From positions 4,451-68,450 of the forward strand of contig JALRDA010000131.1 of assembly GCA_023257145.1 (NCBI GenBank): 64,000 nt of DNA. The letters are read 5' to 3'. Shown here in pieces: positions 54,520 to 64,000 of this stretch (position 1 is the stretch's first letter; the number at the start of each line of letters is the position of its first letter). The position numbers and the translations under genes were made by a program. The notes beneath the pieces are model-generated. The model was not told the DNA's origin. It made no database searches and was given only the letters and a program-made list of their open reading frames with translations. Source of the stretch: Candidatus Saccharimonadia bacterium (GTDB taxonomy: Bacteria; Patescibacteriota; Saccharimonadia; Saccharimonadales; Saccharimonadaceae).

Positions 54520-54653
54520 TTTTATTTCTTACACGATAGTGTGTATTTCTATTGTCAATCTACTTTATCATAAGTATTATAAAAAGTCAATCTGTGCGAC
54601 TAAGAGCACCTTAAATGACGCTCATCGCGAGCGTCATTTAAGGTCGGGATTGG

Positions 54654-55085
54654 TTACTTGTGCGATTTGCTTTTAATGGCAATTTTCTTAGGCTCTGGAA
54701 GAGGGGTGAGTGGAACGGTGACCTTTAGGATGCCGTCGTCTAAATGTGCTTGAATCGCATCCGCATCAGCACGTTTAGGTAGCTGGATGCGGCGATAAAA
54801 ACTACTGCTACTTTCGCGCACAACGTACTTTTTGCTTTTGTCCTCTTCTTTTTCGTGGCGTTCTGCTTGGATGACAAGCGCGCCTTCGTCGACTTGTATG
54901 TGTACGTCCTGTTCGTTAAAGTTCGGCAGGTGTGCCTCGACGACCATATGATTGTTATCGTCGGTGTAGACGTCGGTAGTGGGGATGGTAACCCCTTTTA
55001 GTGGTGACATCCAGTCATCACTAAAAAATTGTTTTTGCAAAGCATTTAGCTCGGCAAACGGATCATAGCGCATTAGTTTATCCAT
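54654..55085 (-). CDS. Hsp20/alpha-crystallin small heat-shock protein
   Basis: The alpha-crystallin domain is recognisable from ..DVY.D.....V.A.LP.F....V.I.V....L.I.AER.....F.R...LP......I.A.L.DGIL.V.VP. Confidence 0.9.
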   Translation of the reverse strand: MDKLMRYDPFAELNALQKQFFSDDWMSPLKGVTIPTTDVYTDDNNHMVVEAHLPNFNEQDVHIQVDEGALVIQAERHEKEEDKSKKYVVRESSSSFYRRIQLPKRADADAIQAHLDDGILKVTVPLTPLPEPKKIAIKSKSHK

Positions 55086-55164
55086 TATATTTTCTCCTTT
55101 CGTTAAATTAGTTAATGTAACGTTCGAGAGAAGCTATAACGCTTCTATATCTAGTATAAAATCG

Positions 55165-55191
55165 CTAGCACTCCATCGTCAAGAGCGCTAG
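55165..55191. promoter_or_regulatory. CIRCE-like inverted repeat (putative HrcA operator) overlapping the hsp20 promoter
   Basis: The sequence is CTAGCACTC-N9-GAGCGCTAG, against the consensus TTAGCACTC-N9-GAGTGCTAA. On the minus strand the spacer carries TTGACG, followed 18 nt later by TATACT. Confidence 0.6.
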
Positions 55192-55208
55192 TTAGGGTTT
55201 TTAACCAT

Positions 55209-57554
55209 ATGCGGTACAATAAAAGCATGACAACTGACACAACAGGTTTTACAGATCAACTACCTGTATTTGATTTTCGACAAACTATCCTAGACGCAGT
55301 AGATGCCCATCAAGTCACCATTGTTACAGCGGAAACGGGTGCCGGCAAAAGTACGCAAATTCCTCAATACTTAATGGATCATGGCTATGAGAAGGTGATC
55401 GTTACGCAGCCGCGTATTTTAGCCGCACGCAATCTGTCTGCGCGAGTGCGCGAAGAGTGGGCTATCCACACAGGCAGGGATAGTGATGACCTGATCGGGT
55501 ATCGTACAGCTCATGAGCGAAACGACGGGCCCGATACGACAATCCTATACTGCACAGACGGACTACAGTTGGTGCGTGAAATTACTGGCAGCGGGACGAG
55601 TACGCGTCAAATTCTTGTACTGGATGAGGTGCATGAATGGAACGAAAATATGGAAGTGCTCGTTGCATGGGCGAAAAAACGTTGCCAAGAAGAGCCGAAT
55701 TTCAAAGTGGTTGTTATGAGCGCGACAATTGAAGTTGATACCTTGGCTGCATATTTTAATGGCGCCGCAACGATTGCTGTGCCTGGTCGAAGCTTCGACG
55801 TAGCCAAGCGCAGCGGACGCGACGTCGTCACTGAGATTATCAACGCCATAGATTCAGCAAGAAATATGTTAGTGTTTTTGCCGGGCAAGGCTGAAATTGA
55901 AAGTGTCGCATCGATGATCAAAACAAAAGCAGCGTCTGCAGGCGTTCCTGTCATTCCGCTTCACAGCCAATTAGAGGCATCGACGCAGCAACAGGCATTT
56001 GCAAATTACCCGAATGGGAAGATTATCCTTTCGACGAATATTGCACAGACAAGTGTCACGATTGACGATATTGATGTCGTGATCGACTCAGGATTAGCTC
56101 GCCGCAGTGAAGTGCGAAACGGTGTTGAGGGGCTTTTTATCTCACAGATTTCGCAGGCAGATTGCTTGCAGCGAGCGGGGCGAGCGGGTCGTACGAAACC
56201 CGGTGAATACATATTGGCACCCCTTGATGATATGCCATGCCTAGTTTTCGAGGAGCGTCCCGAGTATGCCACACCTGAAATACTACGAAAACACATTGAC
56301 CGGCTGACCTTGCGGCTCGCGAATGTCGGTATCGATATCGAAATGCTGGAATTTTACCATGACCCAAGTAACCGAGCGATTAAAATGGCGAAGCATACAC
56401 TACGAAGTTTGGGTGCTATGACGCCATCGGGTGAGGTGACGAGCGTTGGACGGCAAATGGAGCGGTTTCCGGTCGAGTCAAACTTTGCGCGCATGCTTGT
56501 TGAGGTATCTCAGTACGATGCGACCTTGCAGGCAAAATTGGCGGCGATAATTGGCATTCAGGAAGTTGGCGGGATTGTTAAGGGTGGGACGCGGTTTAGT
56601 GGCTGGCGTAAATATACCAAGCAGACACGCTCGGATATGATTGCGCAGTATGATGTGTACTTAGCGTTTGATCAGATAGACCCGGAACTCTACGAAGAAC
56701 TTGGTATTATCAGCAAGAACGTTGCAAAAGCAGAAGAGGTGATTGAACGGCTTCACCGCGATTTGGGACTGGAAGGAACAGCGCTTAGCCCCGTGCAACC
56801 TGATGAGGTTGAGCGATTGCTGCTATGTATCATAGCCGGTCAAATTGATCAGCTCTGGATGGTTGAGGGTGATGGTGTTGTCATTCACCTGATGAATAAA
56901 AGCAAGCGCGAACTATCGAGTAGTACCGTAGTGACAAATCCTAAATTGATTGCGGGAACGCCATTTGACCTGCAGATTCAGACGCAAAAGGGTGACCTTG
57001 AAACGCTTCATCTTGTGCAGGGAGTTACCGAAGTAAACCCTAAGTGGCTGCAAGTGCTCGCACCTCAGCTGTTTAGCGTCCGTCAAGGTAAAACCTATTT
57101 CGACAGCCGTCGCGGTGCGTTAGCAACGCGACAACTTGTTCGGTTTAATGGTCGAACAATTGAGGGTGGTGGCGAGGCGCTGACGCCGCGTAATACTCAT
57201 GATAAGCGTATGTTCAGTGAACTGTATGGGACTTGGATTTACGAGCGATTAGAGACCGAGCGACGTCATTTGCAGCGCGGATATAGTCGACGCATTCCAA
57301 TGATTCCGCTGCGTCAGATTCAGCAAAAAGTAAGAGCAATTGCTGGTCATGCGGTATCGCTCGACGAGCTGAGTGATTATCAACGAGAAGATTTGGCAAA
57401 GCTCCAGAAGCTAGAAACGTATTTAGGAGATGCGTTTGTGTCGAAGGTAAAAACAAACCGTCATAACAATGATGATCGGCAAATAGACCATCATGCTCGT
57501 CGTTCTTGGAAACCGCAGCATAAACGAAAGTACGATCGTCGCCGAGGGCGCTAG
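55209..57554 (+). CDS. DEAH-box ATP-dependent helicase (HrpA/HrpB-like)
   Basis: Motifs TAETGAGKSTQIPQ, LDEVHEW, SAT, TNIAQTS.TI and QRAGRAGR are present, with a basic C-terminal tail. Confidence 0.85.
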   Translation: MRYNKSMTTDTTGFTDQLPVFDFRQTILDAVDAHQVTIVTAETGAGKSTQIPQYLMDHGYEKVIVTQPRILAARNLSARVREEWAIHTGRDSDDLIGYRTAHERNDGPDTTILYCTDGLQLVREITGSGTSTRQILVLDEVHEWNENMEVLVAWAKKRCQEEPNFKVVVMSATIEVDTLAAYFNGAATIAVPGRSFDVAKRSGRDVVTEIINAIDSARNMLVFLPGKAEIESVASMIKTKAASAGVPVIPLHSQLEASTQQQAFANYPNGKIILSTNIAQTSVTIDDIDVVIDSGLARRSEVRNGVEGLFISQISQADCLQRAGRAGRTKPGEYILAPLDDMPCLVFEERPEYATPEILRKHIDRLTLRLANVGIDIEMLEFYHDPSNRAIKMAKHTLRSLGAMTPSGEVTSVGRQMERFPVESNFARMLVEVSQYDATLQAKLAAIIGIQEVGGIVKGGTRFSGWRKYTKQTRSDMIAQYDVYLAFDQIDPELYEELGIISKNVAKAEEVIERLHRDLGLEGTALSPVQPDEVERLLLCIIAGQIDQLWMVEGDGVVIHLMNKSKRELSSSTVVTNPKLIAGTPFDLQIQTQKGDLETLHLVQGVTEVNPKWLQVLAPQLFSVRQGKTYFDSRRGALATRQLVRFNGRTIEGGGEALTPRNTHDKRMFSELYGTWIYERLETERRHLQRGYSRRIPMIPLRQIQQKVRAIAGHAVSLDELSDYQREDLAKLQKLETYLGDAFVSKVKTNRHNNDDRQIDHHARRSWKPQHKRKYDRRRGR

Positions 57555-57625
57555 CGTCGAACCTCTGTGCTTGCATAAGTGGTATAGTAGATATAGCAAT
57601 AAATTCGTTGGGGGAGCAGTGGATA

Positions 57626-58348
57626 GTGATTGAGATTAAAAATGTATCAAAGACATATGGAAAAAAACATACGTCGTTTACTGCACTGAATGATATTAGC
57701 GTGACGATTCCAGATGGAGCAAGTGTTGCGATCATCGGAAAGTCAGGTAGCGGTAAAAGTACTTTGATGCATGCAATGAGCGGATTGGATCGTCCGACTG
57801 CAGGTGAAGTGATCATTGATGGACAGGACATCTTAAAGTTGAAACAAAAAGATGTCGACCGGTTCCGCTCTGCCAAGATGAGTTTTATTTTTCAAAGTTT
57901 TTTCGTTCAGGCAAATGAAAGTTGCTACGACAATGTAAGTTTGCCACTTGAAATTGCTCAGGTGCCAATGCGTAAACGACGTGAAATGATAGAATCAACA
58001 CTTGAATCAGTTGAACTGCTCGACAAGCTAAAATCTCGAGCGCGCGATTTATCGGGCGGACAGAAGCAGCGCTTGGCAGTGGCACGAGCAATCGTAAATC
58101 AGCCCCGCATCCTGTTTGCGGACGAACCCACTGGTAATTTGGATAGTACGACTGGTGAGAAAATCGAGGATTTATTGTTTGACTACAATAAGCAAAGCGG
58201 CTGTACGCTGATTATTGTGACGCACGACCCGGATTTGGCGGCAAAATGCGATATGCGTATTTATATCAAAGATGGAGTCATCGATTCTGTTGTCAAAGCA
58301 CCAAAGCAAACAGCCAAGATGGACGAGAAGTCGGAAGGGGAGCAATAA
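57626..58348 (+). CDS. ABC transporter ATP-binding protein (MacB/LolD-like)
   Basis: Walker A GKSGSGKST, the signature LSGGQKQR and Walker B ILFADEPT are present. The start is taken at GTG 57626 (MIEIKNVSKTYG). Confidence 0.9.
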   Translation: MIEIKNVSKTYGKKHTSFTALNDISVTIPDGASVAIIGKSGSGKSTLMHAMSGLDRPTAGEVIIDGQDILKLKQKDVDRFRSAKMSFIFQSFFVQANESCYDNVSLPLEIAQVPMRKRREMIESTLESVELLDKLKSRARDLSGGQKQRLAVARAIVNQPRILFADEPTGNLDSTTGEKIEDLLFDYNKQSGCTLIIVTHDPDLAAKCDMRIYIKDGVIDSVVKAPKQTAKMDEKSEGEQ

Positions 58349-58349
58349 G

Positions 58350-59633
58350 ATGAAGATTAGAGATACTATCCGTCGTGCGGGCCGAAGTTTACGACAGGCG
58401 AAGGCGCGGACACTTCTAACAAGTCTTGCGATCGGCGTCGGTGCATTTACGATTACTTTGGCATTTGCGGCCGGTGAGGGAGGACGACAGTATGCTGCAG
58501 ACATCGTGAGTGCGAATACTAACGAGCGTGAGCTCTATGTCCAGATGAAGCCGGATGATTCTGCAGATCCAACTGCACCGAAAGAATACTCTGACGACCC
58601 TACTATGCAGTATGGTGGCGGATTTAGTGTGAAATTACTGGGCCAGAAAGACATTGAGAAACTAGAAGCTATCGCAAATGTCGATGATGTCACGCCATAC
58701 TATAACGTCACGGCAAAGTATATAACCGCACCAAATCAAAAAAAGTACACGATTGGTGTTGAGACGTTTCAGCCTGCCGTAAAATTGGAATATGCAGCAG
58801 GTGGTGGAATTACTAAAAAAGGAACAGTAGTTATTCCTGATAGCCTTCGAGAGGCGCTTGGATTTGACTCAGCGCAGTCGGCGATAGGAAAGACAGTGAC
58901 GATAGCGGTCAATCAGGGGTCGCAAGATGTGCTGCAGCAGGCAGAAGTACTACGTAATCTCGAGGTTGTTGGCGTCAACGAACCCTCGTCGCTTGCTGTA
59001 GCCGATGGAAGCGGAAGTGTACGGATTGATCGTGAAACGGCTCGCGAGCTGTACGAAATAATTAATCAGGGCACGACCAACGAACAGGCTTATATGGCTG
59101 CAACAGTCGTAGCGAAAGACGGTGTTGATGTTGCGAGCGTGAAAAAAGCGATTAACGCTGCGGGAAACTACGATGCGCAAACGGCGGAAGATGCAATGAG
59201 TTTCTTGTTTCAATTTATAAACGTCTTGCAGGGTATACTGCTTGGGTTTGGTGCGCTCGCTGTGTTGACATCGATATTTGGCATCATTAATACGCAGTAT
59301 ATTAGCGTCCTTGAACGAACCCAGCAAATTGGGCTGATGAAAGCACTTGGCATGAGGCGTCGTGACGTTGGCCGCTTATTCCGCTACGAAGCGGCATGGG
59401 TGGGATTCTTGGGCGGAGCTATCGGTGCCGGCATGGCGGTCGTTGTAGGTGCGGTTGCCAATCCATACATTAGTGACGCCTTAAAGCTTGACGATACCAA
59501 CCTCCTGATTTTTCAGCCAGTAGCGGTAGGCGGGGTTATCATGGGGCTTATGGTAGTGTCAGTTCTAGCTGGCATCTTGCCGGCGCGTAAAGCGGCAAAA
59601 CTTGATCCGATTGAAGCGCTGCGCACAGAGTAG
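58350..59633 (+). CDS. ABC transporter permease (FtsX/MacB-type)
   Basis: The N-terminus R.LR..K.RT.LT.LAI.VG, a large periplasmic loop and a C-terminal FtsX 3-TM domain with ..PARKAAKLDPIEALR are present. ATG 58350 lies 2 nt after the ATPase stop. Confidence 0.85.
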   Translation: MKIRDTIRRAGRSLRQAKARTLLTSLAIGVGAFTITLAFAAGEGGRQYAADIVSANTNERELYVQMKPDDSADPTAPKEYSDDPTMQYGGGFSVKLLGQKDIEKLEAIANVDDVTPYYNVTAKYITAPNQKKYTIGVETFQPAVKLEYAAGGGITKKGTVVIPDSLREALGFDSAQSAIGKTVTIAVNQGSQDVLQQAEVLRNLEVVGVNEPSSLAVADGSGSVRIDRETARELYEIINQGTTNEQAYMAATVVAKDGVDVASVKKAINAAGNYDAQTAEDAMSFLFQFINVLQGILLGFGALAVLTSIFGIINTQYISVLERTQQIGLMKALGMRRRDVGRLFRYEAAWVGFLGGAIGAGMAVVVGAVANPYISDALKLDDTNLLIFQPVAVGGVIMGLMVVSVLAGILPARKAAKLDPIEALRTE

Positions 59634-59680
59634 GGTTATTTTATCTACCACCCGCCAAAGGGTAGTGCTACAATAGCAGT

Positions 59681-60979
59681 ATGTTAGATATTCGTTTTAT
59701 TAGAGATAACGCAGCAAAAGTGCAAGAAAATGCCCGTCACAAGGGATATAACGTTGATATTGACGAGCTGTTAAGTCTAGATAAAGCGAAACGCGAGTTG
59801 CAGCAGCAGGCGGATGAGCTGCGCGAAAAGCGTAATGTCATTTCTTCACAGATGAAAGGCGGCAAGCCTTCGGATGAACTTATTGCTGAAGGCAAGGCAT
59901 TGAAAGATCAACTAAGTGATATCGAAGCAAACCTAAGGGTGGCTGACGAGTCATTTGTGGCTCTACTGAAACTCGTTCCAAATATGGCGGCTGAGGACGT
60001 ACCTGTCGGTGAAACCGAAGACGAAAATGTCATTGCAAAAGTTGTCGGCGACAAGCCAGAGTTTCACTTTGCGCCACGTAATCACTACGAAATTGCGGAA
60101 CAGCGTCAGTGGATCGATAAAGAACGTGCGGCGAAGGTCGCAGGAAGCCGTTTTGCCTATATCAAGGGCGATTTAGTAAAGCTGCAGCTTGCGATTGTGC
60201 AGTTTGTTATTAACACGCTTAGTGATGAGGCGAAATTAAAACAGATTGCCGATGGCGCTGGGTTGGATGTATCATTGAATCCATTTACGCCGATTCTACC
60301 GCCACTCATGATTCGGACTGAACTTTATGATGCAATGGATCGGCTAGAGCCGCGCGATGATCGTTATAAATTAGAAGGTGATGATTTATGGCTCCAGGGA
60401 AGTGCCGAGCATGTGCTTGGCAGTATGCACGCTGATGAGATCTTTGATGAAACACAGCTGCCTCTACGTTATGTCGGCTACGCAACTAGTTTCCGCCGCG
60501 AGGCTGGAACGTACGGTAAAGACATGGAAGGTATCCTTCGCATGCATCAGTTTGACAAGCTTGAGATGGAAAGCTTCACTACTGGTGAAGATGGCCTGAA
60601 GGAGCATCTTTTGTTTGTCGCTGTTCAGGAACACCTACTGCAAACTTTGGAATTGCCGTATCAGGTCATTCAAAAATGTACCGTGGATATCGGTAAGCCG
60701 AACGCGCGCGGTATTGATATGGAGACGTGGCTACCTGGACAGGATAAGTACCGAGAAACACACACTGCCGATTACATGACTGATTATCAATCGCGTCGTT
60801 TAAAAACGCGTGTTCGTCGTCAAAGTGGTGAACTAGAGTTGGTCCACACAAACGACGCAACGGCATTCGCTCTTGGTCGTATTATGATTGCAATCATAGA
60901 AAATGGTCAGCAAGAAGATGGTACTGTTAGGGTACCTACGATACTACAGCCATATCTTGGCGGACGTGAAATTCTTTAA
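59681..60979 (+). CDS. serS: Serine--tRNA ligase
   Basis: The N-terminus MLDIRFIRDN with a coiled-coil arm and motif 2 FRREAGTYGKDMEGILRMHQFDK.E are present. Confidence 0.95.
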   Translation: MLDIRFIRDNAAKVQENARHKGYNVDIDELLSLDKAKRELQQQADELREKRNVISSQMKGGKPSDELIAEGKALKDQLSDIEANLRVADESFVALLKLVPNMAAEDVPVGETEDENVIAKVVGDKPEFHFAPRNHYEIAEQRQWIDKERAAKVAGSRFAYIKGDLVKLQLAIVQFVINTLSDEAKLKQIADGAGLDVSLNPFTPILPPLMIRTELYDAMDRLEPRDDRYKLEGDDLWLQGSAEHVLGSMHADEIFDETQLPLRYVGYATSFRREAGTYGKDMEGILRMHQFDKLEMESFTTGEDGLKEHLLFVAVQEHLLQTLELPYQVIQKCTVDIGKPNARGIDMETWLPGQDKYRETHTADYMTDYQSRRLKTRVRRQSGELELVHTNDATAFALGRIMIAIIENGQQEDGTVRVPTILQPYLGGREIL

Positions 60980-61063
60980 ATTCTACAACTGTGCGTCGGC
61001 TGACTTTACTGTCGGGCAAGTGTTATAATAGGGATACCACCAAATAACATTTAGGAGGGTTGC

Positions 61064-61438
61064 ATGATAGATTCAATCGATATCAGTAGTAAACGATACG
61101 ACGTAGATGAAACTACGAGAAAGTACGTCATCAAGAAGATAGGACGACTGGATCGCTACCTCCCTCGGCATGCACGAAAGTCAGCAACAGCCGATGTGCG
61201 TCTGCGGCAAATTAATGGCGATCATGGCAATAAATATGAAGCAGAAGTCGTATTTAATATCCCCGACAAACGGATTACCGTTGTTGATTCAACCGTTAAT
61301 ATGCTCGCCGCAATCGATATCATCGAGGCAAAATTAGTCACGCAACTTCGTAAGTATAAGGATGCGAATATTCCGCACGTTGGTAGTCGTGGTGTACTCA
61401 GTCGCTTCAAGCGAAGCTACGCCCGCGAAGCTCAATAG
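61064..61438 (+). CDS. hpf: Ribosome hibernation-promoting factor (HPF/RaiA family)
   Basis: The sequences ...I......Y...K...L.RY.......V.L.........Y.AEV......K........DM.AAID....KL..QLRKYK are typical of this family. Confidence 0.8.
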   Translation: MIDSIDISSKRYDVDETTRKYVIKKIGRLDRYLPRHARKSATADVRLRQINGDHGNKYEAEVVFNIPDKRITVVDSTVNMLAAIDIIEAKLVTQLRKYKDANIPHVGSRGVLSRFKRSYAREAQ

Positions 61439-61463
61439 TTAATTTTCAGCAATTTTAAAGCAT

Positions 61464-61490
61464 AAGCCCCTTGAAAAAGGGGCTTTTCTT
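61464..61490 (+). terminator. Intrinsic terminator after hpf
   Basis: The stem aagcccc/ggggctt is followed by a T-rich run (tttctt). Confidence 0.75.
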
Positions 61491-61581
61491 ATGTCTAGCT
61501 ACTTTTATATGATGTAAAAACAGCGTATAATAACTCCTAGTATTTGACAGAAGTTTCAGGTCAGCGAGGGGAATCTATATA

Positions 61582-64000
61582 ATGGTCAATCGACAAAAAG
61601 CATTAACAAAGGTGTTTGGTGATCCGCAGGCGCGGATTTTAAAAGGGTTACAGAAGAAAGTAATAGTCATCAATGATTTGTCTGAATCTTATCAGAAAAT
61701 GACTAAAACTGAACTCCGTAAGCAAACCAGCGTCCTTAAAGAGCGACTTCAAGATGGCAAAGTGACTCTTGATAGCATCTTACCTGATGCATTTGCCTTA
61801 GTCCGCGAGGCGGGTGATCGCGTGTTGGGAATGCGTCACTTTGACGTGCAGCTAATTGGCGGCATGGCGTTACACGAAGGTAATGTAGCTGAAATGAAAA
61901 CTGGTGAAGGTAAAACTTTGGTTGCAACATTGCCCGTCTATTTGAATGCTCTTGAAGAAAAAGGTGTTCACGTTGTGACGGTTAATGACTACCTAGCGCA
62001 GCGTGATGCGAGCTGGATGGGGCAATTGTATGATTTCCTAGGTATGAGCACGGGTGTTATTGTTAACGACGCGTCTTTCGTTTACGACAAAGATTACGAC
62101 AACGAAGATCATGACGATCCACGTATGCGCAAGCTTCGACCCGTCACTCGCAAGGAAGCATATGCAGCTGACATTACCTATGGAACAAATAATGAATTTG
62201 GGTTTGATTACCTACGCGACAACATGGTGAACGAAGTTGATCTTTTGCGACAGCGCGAACTAAATTTTGCTATCGTTGACGAAGTGGATTCGATTTTGAT
62301 TGATGAAGCTAGGACGCCACTGATTATTAGTGCGCCTGCTGCAGAGAATCCTGACAGCTACTATCAGTTTGCGAAAATCGCTGCAAAATTAACTGACGGC
62401 GACTATGTTCTCGACGAAAAGCGTCGCAGCGTTGCATTGACTGATGAAGGTGTTGAAAAAGTGCAAAAGATGCTTGGTATCAAGAATCTTTACACGCCTG
62501 ATTCTGTTCGTTCTGTGTATCACATGGATCAAGCGCTACGCGCCCAAGCGTTATTTAAGCGCGATAAAGATTATGTGGTAACAAACGATGGTGAAGTGAT
62601 TATTGTCGACGAACACACTGGTCGTTTGATGCAGGGCCGCCGCTACAACGAAGGTCTACATCAGGCAATCGAAGCAAAGGAAGGTGTCTCGGTCCTTCAG
62701 GAAAGCATGACGCTTGCCACCGTTTCATTCCAGAATTATTTCCGCTTGTACAACAAACTCTCTGGTATGACCGGTACGGCGTTTACTGAGGCTGAAGAGT
62801 TCCAGCAAATCTACAGTTTGGACGTTATTCAAATTCCATCAAACCGACCTGTTGCGCGTATTGACCACGAAGATCTTATTTTCAAGACTGAAAAAGGTAA
62901 ACTCAAAGCCGTTGCGGACGCGATCAAAGAATATCACGAACAGGGCCGTCCGGTACTTGTTGGCTCTGCATCAATCGCAAAGAACGAACTGATTGCTGCA
63001 TGGCTTGATAAAGAAAAAATTTCATACGAACTTTTGAATGCTAAGAATAACGAGCGTGAAGCTGCGATTGTCGAAAAGGCGGGGCAAAAGGGTGCGATCA
63101 CACTAGCAACTAACATTGCCGGACGTGGTACTGACATTGTCCTTGGTGAGGGTGTTAAGGAGTTGGGCGGACTTGTAGTGATTGGTTCAGAGCGTCACGA
63201 ATCTCGTCGTATTGATAATCAGCTTCGTGGGCGTGGTGGACGTCAAGGTGATCCGGGTGAAACGCAGTTTTATGTGAGCACCGAAGACGATCTCATGCGT
63301 ATCTTCCAGGGTGAGCGTATCGCAAGCCTTATGGACCGACTAGGGGTTGATGAAAATACGCCGATTCAAAATAAGGCTGTTTCAAAAACTCTCGAAGCGG
63401 CACAAAAGCGTGTTGAGGGCTACAACTACGATACTCGTAAGAATGTTGTCCAATACGACAACGTCATTAACCGACATCGTCGTGTTGTGTATGTCATGCG
63501 CCGCAAAATTCTTGAAGGTGATGATATCAAGCCTGAGATTCAGCGCTTAATTGACGAAAAGGTCGCAGAACTCACTGTGCTGCCTGCTAAGAATAACCCT
63601 AATTTTGCCGAGCAATTTGAAGCGGTCTTCCCGGTTGATGTAAAAACGATCGAGGCTATCGGTGCAGAGAAAAAAGACAAGACGCGCTTAGATTTAGCGA
63701 AAAAAGCTGTTGCAGAACTGTATGAATCGAAAGAGAACGAGCTTGGTACGGATGTAATTCGCAAAGTAGAGCGTGAAGTATATCTCCAGATTCTTGACAC
63801 ACTATGGATGCAGCACCTCGAGAATATGCAGCATCTCCGCGAGGGTATTCACTGGCGAAGTGTTGGTCAGCGTGATCCACTGGTTGAATATCGCAGTGAA
63901 TCACAGAAATTGTTTAGTAGCTTGCAAGCAACGCTTCGCGATGAAGTGCTCCGTTCGGTCATGCACGTTCATGTTCACGACGTCGTTGCAAGTGAAGCCG
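61582..64000 (+). CDS. secA: Preprotein translocase ATPase SecA (3' end lies outside the window)
   Basis: The frame is open from ATG 61582 to the window edge, so it is not in the ORF track. Motifs KVFGDPQARILK, Walker A MKTGEGKTLVATLP, DEAD-type VDEVDSILIDEARTPLIIS and TNIAGRGTDI are present. Confidence 0.95.
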   Translation, partial: MVNRQKALTKVFGDPQARILKGLQKKVIVINDLSESYQKMTKTELRKQTSVLKERLQDGKVTLDSILPDAFALVREAGDRVLGMRHFDVQLIGGMALHEGNVAEMKTGEGKTLVATLPVYLNALEEKGVHVVTVNDYLAQRDASWMGQLYDFLGMSTGVIVNDASFVYDKDYDNEDHDDPRMRKLRPVTRKEAYAADITYGTNNEFGFDYLRDNMVNEVDLLRQRELNFAIVDEVDSILIDEARTPLIISAPAAENPDSYYQFAKIAAKLTDGDYVLDEKRRSVALTDEGVEKVQKMLGIKNLYTPDSVRSVYHMDQALRAQALFKRDKDYVVTNDGEVIIVDEHTGRLMQGRRYNEGLHQAIEAKEGVSVLQESMTLATVSFQNYFRLYNKLSGMTGTAFTEAEEFQQIYSLDVIQIPSNRPVARIDHEDLIFKTEKGKLKAVADAIKEYHEQGRPVLVGSASIAKNELIAAWLDKEKISYELLNAKNNEREAAIVEKAGQKGAITLATNIAGRGTDIVLGEGVKELGGLVVIGSERHESRRIDNQLRGRGGRQGDPGETQFYVSTEDDLMRIFQGERIASLMDRLGVDENTPIQNKAVSKTLEAAQKRVEGYNYDTRKNVVQYDNVINRHRRVVYVMRRKILEGDDIKPEIQRLIDEKVAELTVLPAKNNPNFAEQFEAVFPVDVKTIEAIGAEKKDKTRLDLAKKAVAELYESKENELGTDVIRKVEREVYLQILDTLWMQHLENMQHLREGIHWRSVGQRDPLVEYRSESQKLFSSLQATLRDEVLRSVMHVHVHDVVASEA

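Noticed and set aside
54609-54645. A perfect 15-bp inverted repeat accttaaatgacgctc/gagcgtcatttaaggt just downstream of hsp20.
   Set aside because: It is probably the hsp20 transcript-end hairpin, but neither strand has a following U-run. I did not list it as a terminator or as a mobile-element end because there is no second copy in the window.
57214-57876. A 220-aa minus-strand ORF spanning the helicase 3' end and the ABC ATPase 5' end.
   Set aside because: It crosses an intergenic region and two motif-supported + strand genes, and it has no recognisable motif.
1-64000. CRISPR arrays, IS elements/transposases, integrases, phage genes, rRNA and tRNA genes.
   Set aside because: No spaced direct repeats, no DDE/tyrosine-recombinase-like ORFs and no cloverleaf-compatible intergenic sequence were seen. 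All intergenic gaps over 100 nt are accounted for by promoters, leaders or terminators, apart from the ambiguous 46.3-46.8 kb region.

Overview
This is a gene-dense 64-kb chromosomal segment made up mostly of housekeeping genes, mostly on the + strand. Spot counts of 60-nt lines give a background of about 38-50% G+C. Recognisable genes, in order: infB (3' part), priA-def-fmt, recJ, a type IV pilin, rpsU, yqeY-like, adk-map, murI, ftsA-ftsZ-nrdR, a VKOR, a T-box leader followed by nudix-ileS, rplU, parA-parB, lepB, an LCP protein, htrA, prmC-prfA-rpmE, rpsB-tsf, frr-uppS-rseP, a CPBP protease, proS, greA, lysS, hsp20, a DEAH helicase, an ABC ATPase/permease pair, serS, hpf and secA (5' part). 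I saw no rRNA, tRNA, CRISPR array, transposase or integrase. Several features point to a reduced-genome, Gram-positive-type, Patescibacteria/Saccharibacteria-like organism. These are the compact layout, conserved clusters that lack usual members (no pyrH between tsf and frr, no rpmA after rplU, no rbfA after infB), DUF5663-like small proteins, a lone pilin and many orphan surface proteins. That taxonomic assignment is inference only. The most interesting content is: (1) a TasA/camelysin-like fibre protein, a Pro-rich secreted protein and a dedicated SipW-type signal peptidase (21.8-23.6 kb), where the TasA-like gene is a gene-sized high-GC patch that looks horizontally acquired; (2) a 26.4-34.9 kb block of large orphan surface proteins (LTD-domain protein, CAP protein, 7-bladed RCC1 propeller), two of which share a C-terminal WYWW-TM-RR tail; (3) an Ile T-box leader whose AUC codon sits in a small hairpin loop, ahead of nudix-ileS; (4) an NrdR homologue that has lost all four zinc-ribbon cysteines; (5) a CIRCE-like operator overlapping the hsp20 promoter; (6) a GC-elevated replacement of the pyrH slot that ends in tandem terminators. 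All functional calls come from reading motifs in the ORF translations. No database search was run.
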